From the NCBI GenBank assembly GCA_050951325.1, contig JBMNIW010000006.1, forward strand, positions 32,001-96,000: a stretch of 64,000 nucleotides of DNA, written 5' to 3'. Under the pieces are notes generated by a model. That model had not been told where the DNA came from. It saw only the letters and a program-made list of their open reading frames with translations, and did no database searches. Source of the stretch: Clostridia bacterium (GTDB taxonomy: Bacteria; Bacillota; Clostridia; UBA1212; DUPL01). The position numbers and the translations under genes were made by a program. This document shows positions 1 to 10,494 of this stretch, piece after piece (position 1 is the stretch's first letter; every line of letters starts with the position of its first letter).

Positions 1-396
1 GCTGTTCTATTTATATTTGCCCTGAATATCTATGCAGAAAACATGGACAAGGGAAAAGAATTTCTTTCCTTCCTTATACACGACTTTGAGAATGCCATAA
101 GTCTTAGCAATATTGCAAGAAACAAAAACATAGCAAAATCATATCTGAAAGGTGCCGAACCTTCCAATAGATATACTCCCAGCCAGCCTCTTACTGTTGT
201 GGTAAAATACGATGAGGAAAGGGGCAGAAAAAAACATCTAAAAACTGTATACATTGGCTGTGGTGGTGTTGATAGTTACAGACCCCTTACACTAGTTAGA
301 GTAAAAAGAAGAAAACTCCCCTTCAAACACAAGCACGACCTGTGGTTCGTATATGAATACCCCTCCATAATATTGGATGTAAAGGAGACGGAATAA
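1..396 (+). CDS. Hypothetical protein, DUF6935-like, 5'-truncated by the window edge
   Basis: Frame is open from base 1 (AVLFIFALNIYAENMDK...). Motifs SYLKGAEPSNRY, GGVDSYRP and WFVYEY resemble DUF6935. Stop overlaps the sbcD ATG (TAATG). Confidence 0.5.
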   Translation, partial: AVLFIFALNIYAENMDKGKEFLSFLIHDFENAISLSNIARNKNIAKSYLKGAEPSNRYTPSQPLTVVVKYDEERGRKKHLKTVYIGCGGVDSYRPLTLVRVKRRKLPFKHKHDLWFVYEYPSIILDVKETE

Positions 397-1565
397 TGAG
401 ATTTATCCACCTTGCCGACTTGCACATTGGCAAAAGAATAAATGAATTCAGCCTGCTCGAAGACCAGACATACATACTTGACAAAATAGTTGAAATAACC
501 GAAAAGGAAACTGCGGATGCTGTCATAATAGCAGGCGATTTGTACGACAAAAGCGTCCCTCCAGGGGAAGCAGTACCTGTACTTGATGATTTTCTTACCC
601 GTCTTTCCGAAATGGACAAGACTGTTTTCATTATCTCCGGAAATCACGACTCAAGTGAAAGACTTTCTTTTGGAAGCAGACTCCTTAAAAAAAGCAATAT
701 TCACATAATCAGTACGTTTGAAGGTAGCTTATCCAAAACTGTCCTGAAGGACGATTACGGCAATATTAATATTTTTGCCCTTCCCTTCGTTCGTCCTGCA
801 AGAGTACAGAAATATTTCCCGGACAAGACAATATCAAGCTACGAAGATGCAATAGTTGAGATAATAAATGATGCAAAAGACAAACGCATTCTTGTGCCAA
901 ATGAAAGAAATATTCTCATTTGTCATCAGTTTGTTACGGGTACTTCAAGCCCCATACTTTCTGATTCAGAATCAACCATAGTCGGTACGCTAGAAAACAT
1001 TAGCTATGAAATATTTGATGATTTTGATTACGTAGCCCTAGGGCATCTGCATTGTCCGCAGTCCGTTGGCAGGGATACCATTCGTTACGCAGGTTCGCCT
1101 CTTAAATACTCCTTCTCGGAAGTGAACCATAAAAAGAGTGTAACAATAGTTGACATCGACAAAAGCATGGTAACTTTAAAAGTAAGTCCACTCAATCCTA
1201 CAAGGGATATGAGAAAGATAAAAGGGAAGCTTGAAAATCTAATTTCTCCTGAGGTTTGTGAGGAAGTTTGCAACGACTTCATCCATGCCACCTTGACGGA
1301 TGAAAATGATATTTACGAACCCCTTGCCACTTTACGTGCATACTACCCCTACATACTCCATATGGAGCATATAAAAGAATCAGAGTTTTCAAATGAAAAC
1401 AATAACATATCTGTCTATGACAGGATAAACAAAAATCCTGTTGAGCTTTTCAAGGAATTTTATGAGGAAATCAAACAGGAAGAGTTTGATGTGCAAAAAC
1501 AAAAACTGCTTGAAAAATTGCTGAAAGAAGAAGGATTAGAGGAGTTTTGCCATGATACCCATTAA
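396..1565 (+). CDS. sbcD: Exonuclease SbcCD subunit D (Mre11-like metallophosphoesterase)
   Basis: Motifs HLADLHIG, AGDLYD, SGNHDS, ALGHLH and RYAGSPLKYSFSE; RBS GGAG upstream. Confidence 0.96.
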   Translation: MRFIHLADLHIGKRINEFSLLEDQTYILDKIVEITEKETADAVIIAGDLYDKSVPPGEAVPVLDDFLTRLSEMDKTVFIISGNHDSSERLSFGSRLLKKSNIHIISTFEGSLSKTVLKDDYGNINIFALPFVRPARVQKYFPDKTISSYEDAIVEIINDAKDKRILVPNERNILICHQFVTGTSSPILSDSESTIVGTLENISYEIFDDFDYVALGHLHCPQSVGRDTIRYAGSPLKYSFSEVNHKKSVTIVDIDKSMVTLKVSPLNPTRDMRKIKGKLENLISPEVCEEVCNDFIHATLTDENDIYEPLATLRAYYPYILHMEHIKESEFSNENNNISVYDRINKNPVELFKEFYEEIKQEEFDVQKQKLLEKLLKEEGLEEFCHDTH

Positions 1566-4500
1566 GCTTAAAATATGTGGTTTTGGTCCATACAAGGACG
1601 AAACCGTTTTGGAACTTGACAAACTTGGCCGAAGCGGCCTTTTTCTAATAACTGGTGATACAGGCAGCGGCAAAACAACAATTTTTGATGCCATTGCCTT
1701 TGCCCTTTATGGCGTTGCCAGCGGTAAAAACAGAAACGATACTTCAGGGTTAAGGAGCGATTTTGCCACCAGCACCACCCAAACCTACGTGGAGTTTACG
1801 TTTCTGTACAAAGGAAAGGAATATGTGGTACGAAGAAATCCACGTTACATAAGAGCAAAGAAAGTGGGCAGTGGAACCACTGAGGAAAACGCATATGCCA
1901 CCCTGGAACTGGATAACAAAGTCATCGTCGATGGGGACAGAAATGTAACAAATTATATCAGGGAGCTTTTTGCTCTTGATTGGAACCATTTCAGACAAGT
2001 AGCAATAATTCCCCAAGGCGAGTTCATGGATTTCCTGCTGGCATCCAGTGGTGAGAAAGAAGAGCTTTTCAGAAAAATTTTCGACACATCCCTGTACAGC
2101 AGAATACAGGATATCCTGAAAAAGAAAAGCCAGGATTATCTTAAGATAACGGAGGAGTATAAAAACAGTCTTGTCCAGTATGTTAACGGAATAAAGATTC
2201 CCAAAGAAAGCAACCTTTACAATGAATTCTCCGAATACAAGGACAACAATGCGGTGGTTTTGATTAATGAAATCATGGATTTGGTTGCAAGGCAAAACAA
2301 GGAGGATTTATATAAAGTTAATGAAAATCGAAAGCAATTTAAAGAAATTGATGACACCTTGACTTTGAAAAAGGTTGAATACAGTGAAGCGGAAAAACTC
2401 ATAAAATACTTTAATGATTTGAAAGAATATGAAAAGGAATACAATATCCTTCTTGAAAAAGACGAGTACATAAACAGGCAAATTGATAATATTTCACGAA
2501 TTGAAAAGTCAGTCAATCTGATTCTTCCTCTTGATAAAAAAATGCAGGAAGATTATGCGGACTTTATTAAAATTGAGTTTGCCGTAAAAAAGCACAGGGA
2601 AAATATAAATGACCTTGTAGTAAAGCTGGAAAAGGCAGAGAAAGACCTGACCAAGGAGCAGGAGAACGAACCCTATCGCAGACATCTAAACGCCAGAATA
2701 GAAGGCATTAAATCCAAACTGCCCGAGTACGAGAAATTAGGCCAATTAAAGGACAAAATGTCCTCACTACAAAAACAGACGGACGATGCACAAAAGAAAT
2801 TGAACAAGGTAAAAGGAGAGGCAGACAAGCTTTCTCAGAAGGAAAAGGATTTGTCATATCATCTTGCTACCTTAAAGGATGCAGAATCCAACTACTACAA
2901 CTTTAAATATGCTTTGGATAATGCAAGGAAACAAGAAGAAGAAATCAAACAACACATTGCGACCATAAAAGAAATAACTGATGTTCAAACGAAATACAGT
3001 CAGCTTGAAAAGCAGTACAAGAAACATGAAAAAGAATACTTGCATGCAGACAATATATATGCCGTAAAACTCTCTGAATTCCTAAGAAACCAGGCAGGCA
3101 TACTGGCAAGAAATCTTGAAGAAAACACTCCCTGTCCCGTATGCGGCTCTTTGGAGCACCCAAATCCTGCTTCCTATCAGGATACTGCCACCACCAAGGA
3201 AGAGTTGGAACTTTTGAAAAACGACAAAGAGACCAAGGAAAAAAGACTGAATAAAATATCCATAGAGCTTTCTCAGTGGAAAGAAAGACTAAGGCTTCTT
3301 GTGGATATTGCAGCAAATATGGACAAGGACTTTGCTATTGATAGTATTCCATATGCCTTGGACAAGCTTGAGAACAAGCTTAAAGCTTTGAATATTGGTT
3401 TGCTCGAAGAAAGGTTTTTCAAAGAAGAAAAAAGGCTTGAAGAATACAAAAAAATGCAGGTGGAGCTTGAAAAAACAAAGGAGGATTTATCAAACAAGAA
3501 ACAGGAGCATGATGCATTTTTCGATATGTTCAACAATTTGAACAGTGACAGGATCAAAGCAGAGGCGGAATACAACTCTTTAAGAACCTCCTTTGAGTAC
3601 AAAGACAAAACAGAAGCGGAAAATGCCATAAGAACCCTTTCGGAAGAGTATGACAAATCAATGGAAAAACTTGATTTGTGTATTCAAAAGGTCAACTTAC
3701 TCAAAACAGAACTGGAAAAAGAAAGGGTGCTCCTTTCAAAAAATGAATCGGATCTGGCTTCAACCAGGGAAAGGTTTGAGAATTCGAAAAAGGAATTCCA
3801 CGATTCACTTGTTGTCCACAATATTAGTGAGGAAATGTATAAGGAGTTGGTTGAATGCAAGGATCAGCTTGAATCCATGAAAGAAGAGGTTGAAACCCAC
3901 AAGGAGAAAAAGTTGAATGCAAAGAACAAGATAAATATGTTAAAACAAACCCTTGAAGGAAAAACCATGCCTGATTTGCAAGGGCATACAAGAAAGCATT
4001 AAAGAGCTGGAAGAAAAGAAAGAAAAAATCCAAAACGAATACGAAACTTTAGTATCCAGGTATTCGGCAAACAAGGATAGTTTGGAGAATATTAGCAAGA
4101 CAAATGTACAGCTTGTACAGGCAAGACAGAACTACGTTGCAGTTGAAGAACTATCTTCCGTTGCCAATGGAAACTGCAAAGGAGTAAGAAAGATTACTTT
4201 TGAAAGGTATGTCCAGGCGATATACTTTGAGGAAGTTATAAAAAGTGCAAACAAGAGGCTGTACGCCATGACGGAAAGATACCAGCTGTCAAGGAAAGAA
4301 GAAACCGATATGCGTCAAGGTGCAGGTTTGGATCTTGAAGTTGTCGACGGTTACACAGGAAAAAGTAGAAGTGTTAAGTCCCTTTCCGGTGGAGAAACCT
4401 TCATTGCCTCATTGGCTCTGGCACTTGGTCTTTCCGACATAATACAAAGAAACTCAGGAGGCATACACATTGACACCTTGTTTGTAGATGAAGGTTTTGG

Positions 4501-4669
4501 GTCACTGGACTCTGAATGCCTCGAACTGGCACTTAAGACATTGGGGGCCTTGTCTCTAAACAACCGCCTAATAGGTATCATTTCCCATGTGCCCGAACTT
4601 AGAGAGCGAATTGACAGAAAAATTGTAGTCTCAAAAACAAGACTTGGAAGTACAGCTCATATCGTATAA
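1552..4669 (+). CDS. sbcC: Exonuclease SbcCD subunit C (Rad50/SMC-like ATPase), split by a +1 frameshift at ~3982-3984
   Basis: ORF 1552-4002 has Walker A GDTGSGKT, coiled coil and zinc hook CPVC. ORF 3953-4669 has signature LSGGE, Walker B FVDEGFG and IISH. Removing one G from AGGG gives a continuous ...PDLQ-GIQESIKE... Confidence 0.92.
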
Positions 4670-4671
4670 AT

Positions 4672-4704
4672 AGAAAACACCGGGATTGAACCCGGTGTTT
4701 TTCT
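4672..4704. terminator. Bidirectional intrinsic terminator
   Basis: agaaaacaccggg-attgaa-cccggtgtttttct hairpin between convergent genes, with T tracts on both strands. Confidence 0.85.
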
Positions 4705-4727
4705 ATTCGTTAACTAATACTAGTTTT

Positions 4728-6092
4728 TTATGGCCTTGCTTCATTTTCAAAGAGTTCCTGCCATTTCTCATTTGCCATCTGCTCTATTTCTTTCAGGCTG
4801 TCATAGTAACTTTGCGAACCGTTGAAATGCCTTACAAACACATTCAGCATTCTTTGAGTTATAATATTTGCAACGGCATTAGGAACTCGACAGTGGAACT
4901 TTCCTACAGTATCGGCTTCAGGGAAGCTGACGAAAGCATCATAGTTAACCTCGTCCGGATCATATGGCTGTCGCCAGAAACCCTCATGGGCCAGGTTCTT
5001 TGTTAGAGGTACCGAACCACCAGTTTGTCCATTGTATGCCCTCTGTCCTTCGTCTGTAAAGAGGAACAATGCAAACGCTGCAGCGGTATCAGGTCTCTTC
5101 GTTCTGTTGTATACAGCAAATCCTGTAGCACCTGTTCCAACTCTGTGGGTTGGGAATCTTGGCCAGTTGGCTATGTTCCAATCCAATCCCTTAACCTCGT
5201 ATTTCAAACCTGTATTATGAAGTCCTGGGAACACGCCAGCCTGGAATACAACATCTTCATTCATAACCTTGTATCTGGACGAAATCGCAACAGATGACGA
5301 TGAACCTTCGGGCTTCAACAGGAATTCTTCCATAGCTTTGATTTGCTCGCTAAATCCTTCGAGAACCTTTTCGTCAGTTACAAAGCTTACTCTCTTGTTT
5401 ACCTGGTCATACCACTTTCCGCCCCAACCTTCGAGGAATGGAATCAAATGTGGTCCATATGAAACATCCCATCCGGCACCAACTCTTGTTATAGTATTGT
5501 CATCTTCCTCACGAGCCAGTTGTCTGCAGTACTCTTTAAATTGATCCCATGTCCAGTCTTCAGGGGGAGTATCCAAGCCCACCTCTTGCAACGCAGTCGC
5601 ATTGTAGAACAACACTATATGTGTATGGTCTCTTGCAGCCATATAAAGCTGACCATCCGCAACGCCCAAATCGTAAATTCCCGAGTATACATTGCTGATA
5701 TCAATGTCAAGAACCTCAAGATAAGCGCTTAGCGGCATCAACACCTTGTTTTCTACTGCATACCTGTAGATTTCATCTTCCCAACAGAAGAAGACGTCTC
5801 CAATATCTCCGGATGCGATACGTGCATCTCTATTGTCACCAGTTGAAAAATCCAGGTTCACAGTAGCATCCTTGTATCTATCCTGAAACGCTTGTGCAAA
5901 ATATGAAAGAGACAGCTTGCTTTCATCATCTGCTGCAAGGAAATATGTAACGCTAATGTGACCTGCTACGTTCGCTTTATATCCCGGGGGCAAGTCGCCA
6001 GACTGTACTTCGCCTCGACTACAACCACTTAATACAATAAAGAGAAGTACCAGAAAAACGGCTGTAAAAGTTTTCAAATACCTGACCATCAT
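4728..6092 (-). CDS. Sugar ABC transporter extracellular solute-binding lipoprotein (orphan, no permeases adjacent)
   Basis: Lipobox LSGC; LFYNATAL...PPEDWTWDQF and GATGFAVY...AAAFALFL patterns typical of CUT1 solute-binding proteins. Confidence 0.85.
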   Translation of the reverse strand: MMVRYLKTFTAVFLVLLFIVLSGCSRGEVQSGDLPPGYKANVAGHISVTYFLAADDESKLSLSYFAQAFQDRYKDATVNLDFSTGDNRDARIASGDIGDVFFCWEDEIYRYAVENKVLMPLSAYLEVLDIDISNVYSGIYDLGVADGQLYMAARDHTHIVLFYNATALQEVGLDTPPEDWTWDQFKEYCRQLAREEDDNTITRVGAGWDVSYGPHLIPFLEGWGGKWYDQVNKRVSFVTDEKVLEGFSEQIKAMEEFLLKPEGSSSSVAISSRYKVMNEDVVFQAGVFPGLHNTGLKYEVKGLDWNIANWPRFPTHRVGTGATGFAVYNRTKRPDTAAAFALFLFTDEGQRAYNGQTGGSVPLTKNLAHEGFWRQPYDPDEVNYDAFVSFPEADTVGKFHCRVPNAVANIITQRMLNVFVRHFNGSQSYYDSLKEIEQMANEKWQELFENEARP

Positions 6093-6199
6093 AAACCTCC
6101 TGTTTCTTAATTAACTTAATTAGATGATAACACATTATTTAGAAAACATCTACACTTTCCTAATATTTATGTAGATATTTTTTTGGCACATTTTATTTA

Positions 6200-6228
6200 T
6201 TTGCCTGCACGCCCAAACATGTTATAAT
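6200..6228 (+). promoter_or_regulatory. Sigma-A-like promoter for the DUF3810 gene
   Basis: TTGCCT-N16-TATAAT with an extended TGn, ~30 bp upstream of the ATG and its GGAGG RBS. Confidence 0.6.
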
Positions 6229-6257
6229 TATATTAACTTTTCTATGGAGGTACTTTC

Positions 6258-7437
6258 ATGAGTGAGAAAACATCAAAATTGAAAAACAGAATAAAATTTC
6301 GTACTCCCAGTACTAAATCACTTCTATACATCTTCCTGTTTTTTCTTGTTTGCAGTGCAATATCTGTAGCACTGTTCAAGATCTCTGAAAAGAACCCTCA
6401 TGTAGTGGAAGAATACTACAACTCAATTGTTTTCAAAGCAATCACGCTGCCTTCAAAAATGTTTGTCTCCATTTTCCCGTTTTCAGTATCCGAGATTGCT
6501 CTGGTTACGGTAATTCTATTTGTAATTACATATTTTATCCGTACAGTCGTGCTTACAGTAAAAAGAATGCGTAAAAAACAAGGTAAAATATACATACCAG
6601 CAGTACGCTACATACTTTCAATTGGAATATTAATTACAGGTATCATAACCATGTTTGTTGTAAACGGAGGTCTCAATTACAACGGAATTACCTTCGCAGA
6701 CAGGTCAGGCCTTGTCCTTACTGAAACATCTACAGAGGAGCTGGAAGAACTCTGCATGTTTCTTGGTGAAGAAGCGGCAAAGGCCAGAAAAAACCTGCCC
6801 GAGAATGATAAAGGGGTTATCTCCCCTGATGTATCGGTATTCGAACTTGCCAAAAAGGCAAAGGACGGCTACAAGGCCATTGAAGATACATATCCTTATC
6901 TGAAAGGATTTTATCCAAAAGCAAAACCTGCAATATTCTCGCATTTTATGTGCTACACTGAAATAACGGGAATATATCCTTACATAATACCGGAACCCAA
7001 CATAAACTACAAAACCCCAATTATGAGTCTGCCTTCAACAATAAATCACGAAATGGCGCACCAGAGAGGAATATCGCGTGAAGACGAGGCAAATTTCATA
7101 GCGTATCTTGCCAGTATAAACAATCCGGATCCCTTGTTCCAATATTCTGGATATTACCTTGCCCTAAATTACTCTCTTAATGCTCTATCCAAACACAATG
7201 GAGACGCCTCAAGGAGAGTTTACGAGGCACTTGACAAAGGAATTTTAAGAGACATGCAGGCAGCCAGGGAATTCTGGAAACAGTTTGAAACCCCCAAAAA
7301 CATAGTAGCCACGGTATCTGAAAATGTTAACAACAAATATCTAGAAACAGTAAATGTAGAAGATGGAGTACACAGCTACGGCAGAATGGTAGACTCTGCT
7401 GCTTGCGTACAGAAGAGCAGAAAAGGAAGCCGACTGA
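6258..7437 (+). CDS. DUF3810-family membrane-anchored putative zinc metallopeptidase; apparent +1 frameshift at ~7395
   Basis: N-terminal TM helices; HEMAHQRG...EDEANF motif. Removing one base at 7395 gives SYGRMVDLLLAYRRAEKEAD*, ending at 7437 at a terminator. The ORF track runs on to 7535 into the convergent gene. Confidence 0.82.
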
Positions 7438-7452
7438 GCAGCTTCCTTTTTT
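7421..7452. terminator. Bidirectional intrinsic terminator
   Basis: aaaaggaagc-N10-gcttcctttttt between the convergent DUF3810 and cdaR genes. Confidence 0.7.
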
Positions 7453-7474
7453 ATCGCCAATTCATATCCAAAAT

Positions 7475-8764
7475 TTATCGTTCTTCCGGTTCTTCCGTCT
7501 CATCCGGTTCCAACAAGGAGATGTTGACCTCGTAGATGTATTCTCCTATCAGTTCAAACTTTTCATCCAATGTAATCTTGAGAGGAATACTGTATATTCC
7601 TACACTTCTGTCAGTCAAATCCAGGGTAGGATTCAGTGAACTTCTCTGTAAAGCTTTCAAATCCTTTTCCTTGCCTTTAATTTTAATTACAAACGCATCA
7701 GGGGATATTACATACTCGTAAACATCTAGTTCCATACCAGGCTTGCTGAGTATCAAATCAGTTATTTCAAACTCCTTAATCTGATACTCTTCAATGTCCA
7801 CAGTTAACGTAACCTTGTTGTTTCCATAAACCGAAACCCTCTCAGGCAGGAAGTCAGATATATTTATCTCCTTAATATAGTCATCCCTTCTACCCGTTAC
7901 ATCATAAGCACCCAGATTAATACTGCTTATTCTGCTCAAGTCTGCAGCACTGCCCTGCAGCAGGACTGTTGTAGAAGACAGACTTGATGAGTCAATATAG
8001 AAGTCTGTTTCAGGCTCTCCAACAACATCGTATACCAGAGGCACTTCTTTTGCCACTTCTATTTTCACTGTTATGGTTACCGTGTTGTTGAAATAGTGGG
8101 AGACATCCTCTCCCCTTTTTGAAATATATCTGCCAATAAAGCTTGCGGTCTTGTTTCCATCTATCGAGTTGCTGGCTATGCTGTCAGACAGGTTTACCTG
8201 AATCTCTTCCAGTTCCTCCACCAAGGAAGAAAGGTCGCTTACAGGTATGCTGTCAGGCTCCGCCGTTACATTGATGTATTTATAGTTTTCTTTTAACAAA
8301 GAGTCGTCATATATAAGTCTTACATCAAGATAAGTCTCCGTTCGCTTGTCGAACACAAAATCAATCTGCTTTGGATAATAGTCTTCGACTCTAATGCCGT
8401 ATCTTGAGCATGTGGGTTTACTAACATTCAGCTTAATCTCCCCAGCATCCTTTACCTCTGAAAAATCCACCGAAGAATATAGTTCACTAAGAAGAAGATT
8501 GTTAACGATATCTTCCCTGCCCTTTACAGTAACAGTAACGACCGTTGGATAGGTAACGGTAGTGTTAATCAACTCTTTTGTGGCAGGATAATTCTGATTT
8601 TCTATGGTAAGAGGTATTTCAAGGGTTCTTTCAATTACAGGATTGGAATAGTTTAGGACAAACAGCCACAAGAGTATTCCTATTATGATGGAGCTGAATA
8701 TGTAAAAGCTTTTGCTTTGAAGTATCTCCTTAAGCTTTTTATTCATTTGCTTCGCCCCTTCCAA
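7475..8764 (-). CDS. cdaR: YbbR-domain regulator of diadenylate cyclase (CdaR)
   Basis: N-terminal TM (IIIGILLWLFV) followed by repeated YbbR-like beta domains (VTVTVKG, TVLLQG, VIKIKG); directly downstream of and overlapping cdaA. Confidence 0.85.
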   Translation of the reverse strand: MEGAKQMNKKLKEILQSKSFYIFSSIIIGILLWLFVLNYSNPVIERTLEIPLTIENQNYPATKELINTTVTYPTVVTVTVKGREDIVNNLLLSELYSSVDFSEVKDAGEIKLNVSKPTCSRYGIRVEDYYPKQIDFVFDKRTETYLDVRLIYDDSLLKENYKYINVTAEPDSIPVSDLSSLVEELEEIQVNLSDSIASNSIDGNKTASFIGRYISKRGEDVSHYFNNTVTITVKIEVAKEVPLVYDVVGEPETDFYIDSSSLSSTTVLLQGSAADLSRISSINLGAYDVTGRRDDYIKEINISDFLPERVSVYGNNKVTLTVDIEEYQIKEFEITDLILSKPGMELDVYEYVISPDAFVIKIKGKEKDLKALQRSSLNPTLDLTDRSVGIYSIPLKITLDEKFELIGEYIYEVNISLLEPDETEEPEER

Positions 8765-9627
8765 AATGTAAAAATGTCCTTCTTCCGTTTGTCATCCTTT
8801 TTGACAAATTCGTTGGTTAATATGGTCCTTAAGTTGTTAGGGGTTATGTTTCTAATCAAAGTTCCTCTTCTTGCAATTGAAACCTTGCTGGTTTCCTCGG
8901 ATACAATAATACTGACACTGTCGGATGTTTCAGTTACACCAATTCCAGCTCTGTGCCTTGTACCCAGTTCCTTGCTTATATGAAGATCTCCGGTAAGAGG
9001 CAGTACGCACGCAGCAGCATGTATCTTGTTGTTACGTATTATAACGGCGCCATCATGAAGAGGCGTGTTTGGTATGAAGATGAGTTGCAAGAGTTGTGAG
9101 CTTACAACACTATCTATTATTACTCCGGTCCTTACAATTTCCCCAAGATTTATATCCTTCTCAAATACAATCAAAGCACCAACCTTGTCCCTTACAAGAC
9201 CTTCAACAGCATTGACAACTTCATCTATCATTCTTGCAGTTTCCTGGGATCCCTGAGAGCTGGTGGATCTAAAAAAATCCTTCAACTTGTTCTTTCCTAT
9301 ACCCTCAAGAGCCCTTCTAATCTCTGGCGCAAAGGTGATGATAACAATAAACGGCAAAATCTGCAAGGCAAGACTCGTCAAATAAGACACGGTAGTCAAC
9401 CCTATAAAATCGGCCAGAAGTGAAATAACAAGCACCAGAAGAATCCCTTTGATAAGCTGAAGGGCTCTGGTGTCCTTAAGCATCTGAGCCAGTTTATAGA
9501 CCACAAAGGATACAATACCTATGTCTATTACAATCCTGAAAAAACTCCAGGTATCTTTTATTCCCAAGTATTCGGTAAGATAAGTAAATATCTCGCCTAT
9601 TTCCGGATTAGCCGCAAAAATTTCCAA
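8743..9627 (-). CDS. cdaA: Diadenylate cyclase CdaA (DacA)
   Basis: Three N-terminal TMs; DAC motifs PLHDGA and GTRHRA; TTG start with AGGTGA RBS. Confidence 0.96.
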   Translation of the reverse strand: MEIFAANPEIGEIFTYLTEYLGIKDTWSFFRIVIDIGIVSFVVYKLAQMLKDTRALQLIKGILLVLVISLLADFIGLTTVSYLTSLALQILPFIVIITFAPEIRRALEGIGKNKLKDFFRSTSSQGSQETARMIDEVVNAVEGLVRDKVGALIVFEKDINLGEIVRTGVIIDSVVSSQLLQLIFIPNTPLHDGAVIIRNNKIHAAACVLPLTGDLHISKELGTRHRAGIGVTETSDSVSIIVSEETSKVSIARRGTLIRNITPNNLRTILTNEFVKKDDKRKKDIFTFWKGRSK

Positions 9628-9636
9628 AAAATCACC

Positions 9637-9780
9637 TTATCTATTTAATAAATAATATAACGTTATTGCGATGGTGGATGATGCCATTGCAATTGCCAAG
9701 ACCAGACAAATAACTCTAACTATCTTTTTCTTAATTTCCTGTTTCCTAACATAAGAATTACGCATAATCTTGTATCCCAT
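9637..9780 (-). CDS. Unannotated small membrane protein (47 aa, or 42 aa from ATG at 9765)
   Basis: Manual translation MGYKIMRNSYVRKQEIKKKIVRVICLVLAIAMASSTIAITLYYLLNR*: a basic stretch plus one TM helix. The stop TAA abuts the cdaA RBS. Confidence 0.6.
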   Translation of the reverse strand: MGYKIMRNSYVRKQEIKKKIVRVICLVLAIAMASSTIAITLYYLLNR

Positions 9781-9838
9781 AAATAACGCATTGCGCCATT
9801 ATGGAACCACAACCCCCTTTCCCTGTATTAAAAACCAA

Positions 9839-10381
9839 TTAATCTTCCTTGGCTTCCTCCTCGTCCTCTTCCTTCTCAGCATACTTTGCATAAATTTCTT
9901 CAATTCTGCTGATAATCATTTCTTTCTCGGCATCCATGCGCTCTTTTATCTGAGACACGGCATTATCCAAACTGTTTTTTGCCTTCTCAATCACTTCTTC
10001 AACTTCCAATCTCATGTCTCTTATGGACTTGTTCAAATCCACAATCAACATGCGTTTTTCATCTGCCTGAATTGAAAGCCTTTCCCTTTCCTTTGCAGAT
10101 TCCTCTTGAGCTTGGGCAATGATATTCTTTGCAGTATTCTCCGCATTTATTAAAACATCTGCTATCTTTGTTTTTTCTTCCTGGGCTTGAATATATGCTG
10201 TGGACAGTTCATTGAGTTTTGATGCAAGCTGTTCGCTCTTTGCTCTGAGCTCGTCGCATTCTTTCGCCTTTTCACTCAGAGACTGCTGATATTGCGATAC
10301 TAGCTTCTCTATGTATTCATTAACCTGCTTCTTGTTAAAACCGCTAAATTCCGTGTCAAATACTTTATTGCCTTTTGCCAT
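9839..10381 (-). CDS. DivIVA-domain coiled-coil protein
   Basis: N-terminal FDTEFSGFNKKQVNEYIE (DivIVA F-x4-GY/F-x3-V-x2-Y/F), long coiled coil with LINAENTAKNIIAQA; GGAGGAG RBS. Confidence 0.8.
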   Translation of the reverse strand: MAKGNKVFDTEFSGFNKKQVNEYIEKLVSQYQQSLSEKAKECDELRAKSEQLASKLNELSTAYIQAQEEKTKIADVLINAENTAKNIIAQAQEESAKERERLSIQADEKRMLIVDLNKSIRDMRLEVEEVIEKAKNSLDNAVSQIKERMDAEKEMIISRIEEIYAKYAEKEEDEEEAKED

Positions 10382-10440
10382 TTTATTCTCCTCCTGCCAG
10401 CTCTCAAAATTGTTACAGTTGTGTATAATTCTACTTATTC

Positions 10441-10469
10441 AGTATATTGTATTGACTATCTTTCGTCAA
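10441..10469 (-). promoter_or_regulatory. Sigma-A promoter for DivIVA-sORF-cdaA-cdaR
   Basis: Minus strand TTGACG-N17-TATACT. Confidence 0.72.
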
Positions 10470-10494
10470 GTTCAAATTATGCCATTTAGATGTA

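Noticed and set aside
3953-4002. Programmed ribosomal frameshift in sbcC
   Set aside because: No canonical slippery heptamer or stimulatory structure at the site, and a second indel at 7395 favours sequencing error.
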